DNA of 64,000 bases from a virus, in the IMG/VR virus record IMGVR_UViG_3300027733_000039, positions 33,132 through 97,131 of that record; one strand, given 5' to 3'. Made by a program: the position numbers and the translations under genes. The notes below the pieces were generated by a model that had not been told where the DNA came from, did not search any database, and was given only the letters and a program-made list of their open reading frames with translations. This document shows positions 7,801 through 17,633 of the stretch, piece after piece (the first letter of the stretch is position 1; the number at the start of each line of letters is the position of its first letter).

Positions 7801-8561
7801 TAGACAGTGCCTCCATCAATTGGGAAATACCAGCCACCACCATGTTGTAACGCTGTTGGCATATCATGTCGGTGATTAACTCCTGAGTAATGTGCGATTA
7901 AAGACTTACGCACCATTCCTTCAATCTTTGGTTCGGAACCACGGTGCAACAAACGACCATGCCAAAAAAGAACATCACCTCGTTTTGGAAGATATGTAAC
8001 AACTTCTGCATTGCGCTTTTCAATCTCTGCTTCAAACAATGGAGTTAATATGCGCTCACTATATTTAGGCCAGCGATGGTCTTGTTCTTCTGGTGAAAGC
8101 GCTGCAAGGATCTTTTCTCGTGTAACCACGGGCCAACGGTGTGATCCAGGGATGAATTGAAAAGGACCAGAATCAGGATGTATATCTTCTAAAGCAATCC
8201 AAATAGCGGCGTAGTAGTCACCCACGTGCTCAGGATTAAGGTAGGTGTCTTGATGCCAATTACGACGAGTTGTTACCCAACCCGTTAGGTTTAAATGGAC
8301 AGCCGCTGGTTCACCAATCAAACGCTCTAGCGTGTCATTAATGTTGTGATGCGTCAGGATGCTCATTACTTCTGGGTGACGGCGATATGGGGTGCAATCA
8401 GGCCAGCCACCAGGTCGGTCTTCATTATGCTCAATCCAGCACTGCTCATAAGCAACTAATAGATCTTCTGGAAGAAAGCCTTTCTTAATAACAAACCCAT
8501 CGTCATTCCAATCGGCTGGTCCTGGTGTTGGTGCTGGGATAGTTAATTCGGCTAGTTCCAT
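7800..8561 (-). CDS. PhyH-family 2OG-Fe(II) dioxygenase
   Basis: WHQD, WIALED..DSGP..IPGSH, GDVLFWHGRLLHRG; start moved to ATG 8561. Confidence 0.85.
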   Translation of the reverse strand: MELAELTIPAPTPGPADWNDDGFVIKKGFLPEDLLVAYEQCWIEHNEDRPGGWPDCTPYRRHPEVMSILTHHNINDTLERLIGEPAAVHLNLTGWVTTRRNWHQDTYLNPEHVGDYYAAIWIALEDIHPDSGPFQFIPGSHRWPVVTREKILAALSPEEQDHRWPKYSERILTPLFEAEIEKRNAEVVTYLPKRGDVLFWHGRLLHRGSEPKIEGMVRKSLIAHYSGVNHRHDMPTALQHGGGWYFPIDGGTV

Positions 8562-8577
8562 GATGTAAACTATAGCC

Positions 8578-8736
8578 GTGATTGTCACTTACCCAATACA
8601 TACCCCGTCTATGCAGGACGCTATTGATCAAGCAATGCGCCTTGCCAAAGCCCATGGCTACAAAACATCTATTTTACTTAATATTAAGTCTGTAGGTTCT
8701 GGTGCATGGGAAGTCAAACTCCAAGTCCTCAAGTAG
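8578..8736 (+). CDS. 52-aa hypothetical protein (not in ORF track)
   Basis: TAAACT-N6-GTG; MIVTYPIHTPSMQDAIDQA...QVLK. Confidence 0.6.
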   Translation: MIVTYPIHTPSMQDAIDQAMRLAKAHGYKTSILLNIKSVGSGAWEVKLQVLK

Positions 8737-8849
8737 CCGACTGTAGTGAACAGTGTGTTCACTGCGGCGCTCGCATGCGTCCTGAGCATGCCCACTATCG
8801 CTGCCCTCAATGTGGAAGCCGTGATGCTTGCTGCGAAGGGGTATATTAA
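8706..8849 (+). CDS. 47-aa Zn-finger protein (not in ORF track)
   Basis: CVHC...HYRCPQC...CCEG. Confidence 0.55.
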   Translation: MGSQTPSPQVADCSEQCVHCGARMRPEHAHYRCPQCGSRDACCEGVY

Positions 8850-8914
8850 ATGGTTTATATACTAAGTATTGAGTACGATGTTCAAAATCGTGTATAATGT
8901 AATACCGAGACTCA

Positions 8915-8951
8915 ACGAAGACGGGTTGCTTGCGAGCGATCCGTCTTTCGT
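8915..8951 (+). promoter_or_regulatory. 5'-UTR hairpin between the TATAAT promoter and the RBS
   Basis: AAGACGGGTTGCT-TGCG-AGCGATCCGTCTT. Confidence 0.5.
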
Positions 8952-8965
8952 ATCTACGGAGGCAT

Positions 8966-10966
8966 ATGAAACTGCGTAAAGGTTTCTGGATCTATCTCCC
9001 TGTAGCGATCTTTGCTTGGATCACTCCTTTTACTACTTCTGTTAAGGCAGACACACTTGGTGAGTGGACATACAGCCAATCACAAGCATGCGGTGGATCT
9101 GTTGAGTTAATCGGTGATGCGATCACTTTACACGGTCCTGACTATAACGGATGTAGCGGTGCTGCTCATTGGGTAAAAATAGAAGCAACCATTCCTCAAG
9201 GTGTAAGCACAGTGGACTTTACTTGGGCCTACCAAACCCTTGATGGTGCTTACTACGATCCCCCTCAGTACGCAGTAAATGGTGTCTATGTTCAGTTGAC
9301 TTATGCAAATACTGCAACAGGAACTAAATCAATACCCGTTCAAGTGGGTGACATCTTTACATTCCGACAATATTCAATAGATACTTGCTGTCAACCTGGT
9401 CATTTAACAATCAGTAATTTGTCGCTTTGGAATGGCTTTGTTGAAGCAACGACGACTACTTCTACCACTTCCACTTCTACAACTACCACTTCTACCACTT
9501 CTACCACTTCCACAACCACCACTACAACAACAACAACAACAACAAGTACTACGACTACAACAACTGTTCCAACTACCACAACAACCACGACTACTATTTC
9601 TCCCGATACTACAGTATCGGTTACGACCACAATAGATATTCCAATATCTACAACTACTTCTTTCGTACCCCAAACAACATTGCCCCAATCAACAACGACC
9701 ACGTCAACAACACCAGAAATTCCGACATCTACTGTTCCCGTCTATATTTCTCCAATAATAGAAGTACCAACGGGGACGACATCCACAACCATGCCAGAAG
9801 TAACCATCCCAGCGACGCTTCCTGAAGAAATACCAGTAATAATCCCAGAAGAGATCCCAACTGAGATAACAGACCCAACAACATATGAAACATACCCAGA
9901 CACTACCGTTGACACAGACCAAACACTACCTTTCACACCTATTCCGACTTCGGAAGACTTGTGTAATGGGTCAAACGCTACTGTTTGTCCAGACCAAACG
10001 CTACCGTCTGTCGGTGAGGTTATATCGGATGCGGTATTAACGAACATCCTTGAGAACACCTTTACCCCTGATGCTTCAACAGAAGAGATAACGGCTGCAC
10101 TTGATGAGGTTCTAAGCGCCGACCTTTCTACAGAACAATTTACTGCCGTAATGAATGCCGTACTTGCCGATACATCTGATACCGAGCAAGTGTCTGAAGT
10201 CTTAGTTTCTTTGCTGAGTTCTAATCTTTCAGCCCAAGAACTTACAATTGTGATGGATACCGTCTTTAGCGCAGAAGCAAGCGTGGAAGAGATGGGGGCA
10301 ATTGTTGAGAACTTGCTGGATTCCAATCTTTCCTCGGCAGAACTAGAGGCGGTCTTTACGGCTGCTTTTGACGGTGACTTGTCTGACGCAGAAACAGTTG
10401 CCCTTGCCACCCAGATTCTTGACAGCCCTCTTGATGACAAAGAGTTTGGCACGGTTATTAACGCCATCTTTGACGAAAAGGTATCTGACGAAGTCTTGAC
10501 ACAGACCTTTGCTGCTATTTTGACTCCTGAACTTTCTGACAACAAGTTTGCTGAAGTGGTGAATGTTCTTGAAAATGCCACCATTACAAACGATCAGGTT
10601 GCTCAAGTAGTGGATTTGGTCATTTCCCAAGAAGGTGGTGTAAGTGAAGGGCAAGCCACCGAACTGGCAATGAGCGCTAAAGTTCTGGAAAGCGTTTCAG
10701 GGGAGCAAGCGGCTGAGGTGTTTGATGCGATTGTGGCTTCAGCGGTAACCCCAGAGGATGGTCTTGCCATTGTCAATGCGGTACAGGATGCCCCTAAAGC
10801 CGTTAAGAAATCCTTTGAAAAGAAATTAAATATCTACGAGGGTGTCTTTGACACCTATACCGCAATTGGATCAGTGATACCTGTCAGTGGACGCAGAGTT
10901 ATCATCGCCATAACTACGGTATCATTTATATTGCCCGCACCAGTCGTTTCTAGACGTAGACAATAA
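8966..10966 (+). CDS. secreted, membrane-anchored surface protein with Thr-rich stalk and acidic helical repeats
   Basis: GGAGG RBS before ATG 8966; signal peptide ending VKA-D; poly-Thr; C-terminal hydrophobic segment + RRRQ. Confidence 0.75.
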   Translation: MKLRKGFWIYLPVAIFAWITPFTTSVKADTLGEWTYSQSQACGGSVELIGDAITLHGPDYNGCSGAAHWVKIEATIPQGVSTVDFTWAYQTLDGAYYDPPQYAVNGVYVQLTYANTATGTKSIPVQVGDIFTFRQYSIDTCCQPGHLTISNLSLWNGFVEATTTTSTTSTSTTTTSTTSTTSTTTTTTTTTTTSTTTTTTVPTTTTTTTTISPDTTVSVTTTIDIPISTTTSFVPQTTLPQSTTTTSTTPEIPTSTVPVYISPIIEVPTGTTSTTMPEVTIPATLPEEIPVIIPEEIPTEITDPTTYETYPDTTVDTDQTLPFTPIPTSEDLCNGSNATVCPDQTLPSVGEVISDAVLTNILENTFTPDASTEEITAALDEVLSADLSTEQFTAVMNAVLADTSDTEQVSEVLVSLLSSNLSAQELTIVMDTVFSAEASVEEMGAIVENLLDSNLSSAELEAVFTAAFDGDLSDAETVALATQILDSPLDDKEFGTVINAIFDEKVSDEVLTQTFAAILTPELSDNKFAEVVNVLENATITNDQVAQVVDLVISQEGGVSEGQATELAMSAKVLESVSGEQAAEVFDAIVASAVTPEDGLAIVNAVQDAPKAVKKSFEKKLNIYEGVFDTYTAIGSVIPVSGRRVIIAITTVSFILPAPVVSRRRQ

Positions 10967-10993
10967 GTTGAAACGTGACGACTTAGGAGCCTT

Positions 10994-11161
10994 GTGAAGA
11001 AACTTATTAATGAACTGCATAGCCTTGCTTGGACACTCAGCGGAACGGGCATGGTTTTAATTACCCTTAGTGGACAAACCCTTAAATGGGGTATTTGGAT
11101 TTCTATTGCTTCTTTGGCAGTACATCTTGCTGGAGCACTCTTAAAGGGTGACGAATCATAG
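10994..11161 (+). CDS. 55-aa two-TM membrane protein (not in ORF track)
   Basis: AGGAG RBS + GTG; MKKLINELHSLAWTLSGTG... Confidence 0.7.
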   Translation: MKKLINELHSLAWTLSGTGMVLITLSGQTLKWGIWISIASLAVHLAGALLKGDES

Positions 11162-11175
11162 AGTAAACTAAGTGT

Positions 11176-11883
11176 ATGGCCCATACCGTTAACTACAACA
11201 TCACTCGTGGGCTTCCATGGGAACGACTCATTATCCTCAAGGATAGGCGCACTCACAGACAAATTAAACCCACTGAGGCTCGTTCTTTTATCCAGACTAC
11301 TGGCTTGTCTAAAAAAGAATTAACTGTTGATTTAACAAGCGAAAATGGCATTATGTTGTCGCTAAGTGCCGAAGAAACCCAGGATCTACCGTTGGGAGAA
11401 CTTTCCTATGATGTTCTTGCAACTATCAATGAAGTTCAGAGACCAGTAGCAAAGGGTACAATCGTTGTATCGGCTCTTGACAATATTACTCCGTGGGAGG
11501 ATTCACAAGCAATGGAAATCCGCTTTAAGCAACGTGTGGACTTCCGCCGCACTTTCACATGGAAAGATGCTGATGGAGACATACTCACCGTACAGAACGC
11601 CTACATGCAGGCAAAGAACACCGCAGGTGTTACTGTCCTAGACCTTCGTTGGTATGCGTCCACCCCTTCAGAAGCCACCGTTATTGCTCTTCCAGTAGAG
11701 CGACGTGGTTATCTTGCCCCGATTGCTGGTGGAACACTAGAAATGCACATCTCAGATAAAAACACAGTGTCTGCGGGTGCTTACAACTTTGACTTGTTTG
11801 TTCAGGACTCCGCTGGAGACTGGGACTGCTTGGCGAGTGGGACGGTCGTTGTAGAGGCTGCTATCTCTGCACCGCCTGCATGA
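11176..11883 (+). CDS. virion structural protein with two tandem beta-sandwich (BppU-like) repeats
   Basis: Duplicated YD(V/L)...xGTxVV motif; TAAACT-N6-ATG. Confidence 0.6.
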   Translation: MAHTVNYNITRGLPWERLIILKDRRTHRQIKPTEARSFIQTTGLSKKELTVDLTSENGIMLSLSAEETQDLPLGELSYDVLATINEVQRPVAKGTIVVSALDNITPWEDSQAMEIRFKQRVDFRRTFTWKDADGDILTVQNAYMQAKNTAGVTVLDLRWYASTPSEATVIALPVERRGYLAPIAGGTLEMHISDKNTVSAGAYNFDLFVQDSAGDWDCLASGTVVVEAAISAPPA

Positions 11884-12308
11884 GCACAAAAACCGTTGAG
11901 GTAACTAAGCAACCGAACAAGTACGTTACGGTTACACAGAAAAAGACAGTCTCTGTCGTAACTGAACCTGCTGATCAAGTACTTGAAGTCCATGATCCAG
12001 GTGTTGCGGGTCCTCCTAATGTTCTCAGCATTGGCACAGTCACCACAGGTACGGCAAGTGCAAACATTACGGGTATTGCCCCAAACCAAGTCCTTAATCT
12101 TGTTTACCCCGTAGCGGCTAGGCACATTCATACACAGGGTGCTGCTGCTACAACTTGGACAATCACACATGCTTTGGGTGGTTACCCGTCTATTACAGTC
12201 GTTGATAGTGGTAAAACTGTTGTATTTGGGGAAGTAAATTATGTTTCTACCGCACAAGTTGTAGTAAACTTTACATCAGCGTTCTCTGGTTTCGCATACC
12301 TCACGTAA
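11880..12308 (+). CDS. virion structural protein
   Basis: WTITHALGGYPSITVVD...FSGFAYL fibre-associated motif. Confidence 0.65.
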   Translation: MSTKTVEVTKQPNKYVTVTQKKTVSVVTEPADQVLEVHDPGVAGPPNVLSIGTVTTGTASANITGIAPNQVLNLVYPVAARHIHTQGAAATTWTITHALGGYPSITVVDSGKTVVFGEVNYVSTAQVVVNFTSAFSGFAYLT

Positions 12309-12317
12309 GGAAGTTCA

Positions 12318-13610
12318 ATGGCTCAAAAGTTTCTAACTAATATTGACCTCAACCAGAATCAACTGGTTAACGCCAAATTTGAGGTTCTGGGCACTGACCC
12401 GTCAAGTAGCAACTTTGAAGGCCGCCTCATCTATAACAGTACCGAAGACACCATCAAGGTGTACTCAGGTAGCGCATGGCGCAAAATGCTCCACGCCGTG
12501 CAATCCAGTGGTACATATGCCACTGCTCTTACTGTCAGTGAATCTAATGGCACAGTAAGCCTTACCTTAAACCTTGCTGACACCAGCAACGCAGGTTTGT
12601 TGTCTACCACTTTCTGGCAGATGCTTACAGATGCAACTGATGCTGCAACTGCTTCCAAGTTGGCAAAACGTGATGGTAACGGCAACATCAGTGTTGCTGC
12701 CCCAACTGCTGATGGACATGCTGCAACTAAACTATATGTAGACGCAGCCCGTACTGGTCTTGATGTTAAAGCCTCTGTAAGAGTAGCCACCACAGTTGCT
12801 GGAACTTTGAGTTCAAGTTTTGTTAATGGTTCTGTTGTTGATGGTGTAACTCTAGTAACTGGTGACCGTATCTTGATCAAGGATCAAGTATCAGGTTCTG
12901 AGAATGGTATCTACACTGTTAATGCTTCAGGGTCACCAACCCGTGCAACCGACTGTGATGCTTCTGTTGAAGTTACAGCAGGATTTTTTACATTTGTTGC
13001 TGAGGGTACAGCATACGCAGATAGTGGTTGGGTACTTACAACTAACGATACTATCGTTCTTGGAACTACATCCCTTGCTTTTGCTCAATTCTCTGGTGCT
13101 GGTCAAGTTATTGCAGGTACTGGTCTTACTAAGACTGGAAACTCTCTTGACGTTATTGGCACTACTAACCGCATTACAGCAAATGCCGACAGCATTGACA
13201 TTGCTTCTACATATGTTGGTCAGTCAAGCATTACAACACTTGGCACAATTACCACAGGTGTTTGGAACGGTACAGATGTTGCTGTTACAGACGGTGGTAC
13301 TGGTGCATCTACTGAAGCGGTTGCTCGCACTAACTTGGCATCGGCTTCAGGTGAAGCATCAGGTCGCACAACTAGCACTCCTTCCCTTGCTCGTACAGCA
13401 AAACAGGGTTGTGCCGCCAGCATTGCAGGAGTTTCAACTACCACTGTTACTCACAACTTTAGTACAACTGATGTAAACGTAGGAATTTATGAAGTATCAA
13501 CTGGTGCAACCGTTATTGGTGATGTAACCCGTTCTAATAGCAACACACTCTCAGTGGTGCTTTATGGGACTATTGCCGCTAACGACTACACCATTGTTGT
13601 AGTAGGTTAA
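12318..13610 (+). CDS. fibre protein
   Basis: AATKLYVD..GLDVKASVRVAT..GDRILIKDQ..ENGIY phage fibre motif. Confidence 0.7.
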   Translation: MAQKFLTNIDLNQNQLVNAKFEVLGTDPSSSNFEGRLIYNSTEDTIKVYSGSAWRKMLHAVQSSGTYATALTVSESNGTVSLTLNLADTSNAGLLSTTFWQMLTDATDAATASKLAKRDGNGNISVAAPTADGHAATKLYVDAARTGLDVKASVRVATTVAGTLSSSFVNGSVVDGVTLVTGDRILIKDQVSGSENGIYTVNASGSPTRATDCDASVEVTAGFFTFVAEGTAYADSGWVLTTNDTIVLGTTSLAFAQFSGAGQVIAGTGLTKTGNSLDVIGTTNRITANADSIDIASTYVGQSSITTLGTITTGVWNGTDVAVTDGGTGASTEAVARTNLASASGEASGRTTSTPSLARTAKQGCAASIAGVSTTTVTHNFSTTDVNVGIYEVSTGATVIGDVTRSNSNTLSVVLYGTIAANDYTIVVVG

Positions 13611-13658
13611 GAATTAAATAGACCTTGCGGGGTCACAACATAGGAAGCGATTGAGGTC

Positions 13659-14915
13659 GTGGCACAGAAATTTACAGTACCTATTACTGTCAAGCAACTT
13701 GTTTCTGCTGGTTCTGATGCCGTAACCGTTTTTGTTGATGCTGATACCCAGGCTCGCTTAAAGATTGAAGCAGGTGGTCGTCTTACTTGGGGTTCAGGTG
13801 CTTCTGCTGGTGACGTAAACCTCTATCGTGATTCTGCTGACGTCTTAAAAACAGACGACACTCTCAAAGTTCCTACTCTTTTTGTAGACAACATTGAGAT
13901 TGATACCACAGGTGCAGCCCTCAATGACATCTTAGTATTTAATGGTACTAAATTTGGATCTGCCTCAGCATCTTTTGGTGGTGGAGCAAGCCTCAAAGTT
14001 GCAGCAACTGCTCCAGCATCCCCAAACTCTGGTGATCTTTGGTTTAACTCAACAACACTAGAAACATACATTTATTATGATGGTGGTTGGCTCCAAGCAA
14101 GTGGTGAGCCAGATCTTGTAGAAGACTTAACTGATCTTTCTGATGTTGTTCTTACAACTCCAGTTAATGGTCAATTCTTAAAGTTTGATGGAACTCGCTG
14201 GATTAACGGAACTATTCCAACCATTAATACCTTGGATGACATTGGTGACGTTTCTGTAGCATCACCATCGTCTGGGCAATTCTTAAAGTGGAACGGTAGT
14301 GCTTGGGTTGCTGAAACCATTATTGGAGGCGCAACTATCTCTGATACAGCCCCTGCATCACCTTTGGCTGGTCAACTATGGTTCCAGTCAACTAATGGTA
14401 AAACATTTGTTTACTATGACTCATCTTGGATTGAAGTCGGTGGAATTGGTACAGGCGCACGAATGGTGTCTAGTTCTTCCGCACCAGCCTCTCCACTTGA
14501 AGGAAGTATGTGGTTTAATACCAATACTGCCCAAACATTTGTTTATTACGATTCTTCGTGGATTGAAATCGGTGCATCGGGCGTAACTGCCAGTGTGCAG
14601 GATTCCGCCCCAGCATCACCTGTTTCTGGACAAATCTGGTTTAACTCCCTCACGGGTGGTACATATGTCTATTACGGAACTACATGGGTAGAAGTTGGCG
14701 CTTCACCTTTTAGCGCTCTCGTAAACACTATTAATGCTAAAGGTGACCTTCTTGTAGGAACCGCAGATAACACCATTGGTGGGCTTACAGCAGGTTCAGC
14801 CAATCAGGTTCTTACTGTAGATTCTTCTACAGCAACTGGTCTAAAATGGGCTACCCCAACAACATATGCAACAACAGGAAAGGCAATTGCAATGGCAATT
14901 GTATTCGGAGGATAG
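13659..14915 (+). CDS. fibre hub protein with four APASP-G-x-W-F-YxYY-W repeats
   Basis: Four internal repeats, LxDxxDV repeats, C-terminal GKAIAMAIVFGG. Confidence 0.7.
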   Translation: MAQKFTVPITVKQLVSAGSDAVTVFVDADTQARLKIEAGGRLTWGSGASAGDVNLYRDSADVLKTDDTLKVPTLFVDNIEIDTTGAALNDILVFNGTKFGSASASFGGGASLKVAATAPASPNSGDLWFNSTTLETYIYYDGGWLQASGEPDLVEDLTDLSDVVLTTPVNGQFLKFDGTRWINGTIPTINTLDDIGDVSVASPSSGQFLKWNGSAWVAETIIGGATISDTAPASPLAGQLWFQSTNGKTFVYYDSSWIEVGGIGTGARMVSSSSAPASPLEGSMWFNTNTAQTFVYYDSSWIEIGASGVTASVQDSAPASPVSGQIWFNSLTGGTYVYYGTTWVEVGASPFSALVNTINAKGDLLVGTADNTIGGLTAGSANQVLTVDSSTATGLKWATPTTYATTGKAIAMAIVFGG

Positions 14916-14918
14916 ATT

Positions 14919-15272
14919 ATGGCAGCACCAAACATTGTAGGAGTAGCAACAATCACAGGCAAGACAGCAGTTCTTGCACTTACCGCTTCGGCAGTTGCAA
15001 TTGTTACAAACTCAGCAGCCAGTGGACAAGTCTACAAAGTCAACTCATTGTATGTTGCTAACGTAGATGGTGCTACTGCTTTCACGGTAACTATTGATTT
15101 GTTTCGTTCATCTACGGCTTATCGTCTTGCCTATCAAGTATCGGTACCTGCGGGCGCAACACTAGATGTTTTGTCTAAAGCAATCTATCTTGAAGAAGGT
15201 GACTCTATTAGGGCACTTGGTAGCACAACTCTTAAATTAGAGGCTATTTGTTCTTACGAGGTGATTAGTTAA
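14919..15272 (+). CDS. ~117-aa fibre adaptor-like protein
   Basis: Compact beta-rich ORF, YLEEGDSI; precedes a Gly-rich gene. Confidence 0.65.
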   Translation: MAAPNIVGVATITGKTAVLALTASAVAIVTNSAASGQVYKVNSLYVANVDGATAFTVTIDLFRSSTAYRLAYQVSVPAGATLDVLSKAIYLEEGDSIRALGSTTLKLEAICSYEVIS

Positions 15273-16057
15273 TGGCTAGAGGTAACGGTGGATTTCTAGG
15301 AGCAAAGAAGGTTATCAGTAATTCTGCTGCGTCTGGTTTTTACACTTTTGCTGATGCTCAAAGGGAAAGAGGAGCAAGTAACTGGCCCACACCGCCTCTT
15401 CCTCTTACATATCTAGTTCTTGGTGGAGGTGGTGGTGGTTCTGGTGGAACAAGCAGCGTCAACTATGGTTCTGGTGGTGCTGGAGGAACCATTCGCACTG
15501 GTTCTGCTAATGCTCTCTTTGGAACCCAATACACGATTACTGTTGGTGGTGGGGGTGCTTCTTCTATTACAAATGCTTCCTCTGGTGAATCTTCAAGTGC
15601 TTTTGGCATTACTGCTACAGGGGGTGGTGGTTCTGGACAAGGCATGACTGGTGGAAGTAACGCCGATTACTCAGGTGGTAACGGCGGGTTCTATGGTGGT
15701 AGTGGTGCTGGTTCGGGCGGCAACGGAAGTGGTGGGTCTGGCGGTTCTTCTACTGATTCGTCAATTTCTGGAAGTACGGTTTCCTATGGCGGCGGTGGCG
15801 GTTCTCAGTTTGGTAGTAGCGGTGGTGGAGGCGGAGCCATCGTGACGTATGGCTCCTCTGGTGCTGCCAACCGAGGCGGTGGCGGTAGTGGTGGTCAAGC
15901 CAACGGGTCAAATGGTTCTGGCGGTTCTGGTGTGGTGATTATTCGTTACCTAGACACATTCTCATTAGCAACATCAACTACTGGTTCACCAACGATAACA
16001 ACAACAGGTGGCTACAGGATATATACTTTTACTGCATCAGGCAGCATAACCTTCTAA
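15272..16057 (+). CDS. glycine-rich (polyglycine-II-type) domain protein 1
   Basis: YLVLGGGG...GGSGVVIIRY...YTFTASG. Confidence 0.75.
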   Translation: MARGNGGFLGAKKVISNSAASGFYTFADAQRERGASNWPTPPLPLTYLVLGGGGGGSGGTSSVNYGSGGAGGTIRTGSANALFGTQYTITVGGGGASSITNASSGESSSAFGITATGGGGSGQGMTGGSNADYSGGNGGFYGGSGAGSGGNGSGGSGGSSTDSSISGSTVSYGGGGGSQFGSSGGGGGAIVTYGSSGAANRGGGGSGGQANGSNGSGGSGVVIIRYLDTFSLATSTTGSPTITTTGGYRIYTFTASGSITF

Positions 16058-16069
16058 GGAGAAATAAAC

Positions 16070-16438
16070 ATGGCACATTTTGCTGAAATTGGCGAAGACA
16101 ACATTGTATTGCGAGTCATCGTGGTATCTAATGATGATTGCAAAGATGGCGCAGGAAGCGAATCAGAGGCTGTAGGCGCTGAATTCTGTCGTAATCTGTT
16201 GGGTGGAACGTGGAAGCAGACCTCGTACAACGGCACCATTCGTGCTCGCTATGCAGGTATTGGTTACAAGTATGATTCCGCTCTAAATGCGTACATCGCC
16301 CCTAAACCTTTCCCTTCTTGGACTCTTAACGAAGACACCACTGAATGGGAAGCACCAGTTGCTCGTCCAGCAGAGGGTATGTACAGTTGGGACGAAGAAG
16401 AGCAAGAGTGGGTGGAAATCGTTATTCCTTCGGAATAA
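16070..16438 (+). CDS. fibre-associated small protein (MAHFA type)
   Basis: MAHFAEI...WKQTSYN...PKPFPSW...WEAPV. Confidence 0.7.
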   Translation: MAHFAEIGEDNIVLRVIVVSNDDCKDGAGSESEAVGAEFCRNLLGGTWKQTSYNGTIRARYAGIGYKYDSALNAYIAPKPFPSWTLNEDTTEWEAPVARPAEGMYSWDEEEQEWVEIVIPSE

Positions 16439-16441
16439 TAG

Positions 16442-17632
16442 ATGTCCCTTACTTTTCCCGCCTCTCCAAGCGTTGGTGATACCTACACTGTAGGTGCACG
16501 TACTTGGACATGGTCAGGAACAATTTGGGAAATCACAGGAACTGTTGCGGCGGCTGGTTCTATTGGAACTACTGAACTAGCGGCAAGTGCGGTAACAGCC
16601 GCCAAAATTGCCGACAGTACAATAACTTCAGCCAAACTTGCTTCTACTGTCCCTGTAGTTACGGTCTGTACTTCGTCAACAAAACCTGCATCACCTTTTA
16701 CAGGTCAAACGATTTTTGAGACTGATACCAATCTCATGAAAGTCTATATAACAGGTGGTTGGAGCAACGGTACATCACATTTCCGAAGTCTTTCTGTTGA
16801 CTATCTTGTTGTCGCAGGTGGCGGAGGCGGCGGTCATGGTTATCCACCTGGCAGTAGCACCGATGGATATGGTGGCGGCGGAGGCGGTGGTGGACTACGA
16901 AGCACAGTAGCGGCGACTAGCAATAGTGGAACATTAGAAGCAGCATTAGCACTTACGCCTGCAACTTATACAGTTACGGTTGGTGCTGGTGGTGCTGGTG
17001 GCAATATCTCCAATGGTTCCAATGGTCAAAACTCAGTATTTTCGTCTATTACAGCAACGGGTGGCGGTGGTGGCGGTGCAGGTGGAACAGCAGCAAACTC
17101 TAGTGTCGGCTTAAACGGCGGTTCGGGTGGCGGTGGCGGTGGTCGTGGCGCAAAGGCTGGTGGAACGGGAATTAGTGGACAAGGCAATAACGGTGGCGCT
17201 TCACTTGCTGGAGATGGTTATTACGGCGGTGGCGGCGGTGGCGGTTCGTCTGCCGCTGGTACAGGTTCTGTGGCATATGTTGGTGGCGCAGGTGGTAGTG
17301 GAACAACAAATTCAATAACTGGTTCTTCTGTTGTTTACGGTGGTGGCGGTGGAGGTTCATCTTTAACTGGTGGTGCTGCGGGTTCGGGTGGTGGAACAGC
17401 AGGCACCAGTGGTATAGGGAACTCAAGTTCTGCTTCAGCAAACACTGGTGGTGGTTCGGGTGGTGGCGGTGGCGGAACTGGACCAACTGGGGCTGGTGGT
17501 TCAGGCGTAGTAATTGTTCGTTACCTAACCGCAGACGCTACTGGTTTAACAATTACAGGCGGAACCGCAACAACCTCTGGCTCGTACACAGTTCGTACAT
17601 TTACTGCATCAGGAAGCCTAGTAATATCTTAG
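16442..17632 (+). CDS. glycine-rich domain protein 2 with FPxSP N-terminal module
   Basis: MSLTFPASP; CTSSTKP..GQTIFETDT; Gly-rich domain. Confidence 0.75.
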   Translation: MSLTFPASPSVGDTYTVGARTWTWSGTIWEITGTVAAAGSIGTTELAASAVTAAKIADSTITSAKLASTVPVVTVCTSSTKPASPFTGQTIFETDTNLMKVYITGGWSNGTSHFRSLSVDYLVVAGGGGGGHGYPPGSSTDGYGGGGGGGGLRSTVAATSNSGTLEAALALTPATYTVTVGAGGAGGNISNGSNGQNSVFSSITATGGGGGGAGGTAANSSVGLNGGSGGGGGGRGAKAGGTGISGQGNNGGASLAGDGYYGGGGGGGSSAAGTGSVAYVGGAGGSGTTNSITGSSVVYGGGGGGSSLTGGAAGSGGGTAGTSGIGNSSSASANTGGGSGGGGGGTGPTGAGGSGVVIVRYLTADATGLTITGGTATTSGSYTVRTFTASGSLVIS

Positions 17633-17633
17633 T

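Noticed and set aside
9450-9600. ACN microsatellite or contingency locus
   Set aside because: Third codon positions vary; it is simply the poly-Thr coding stalk.
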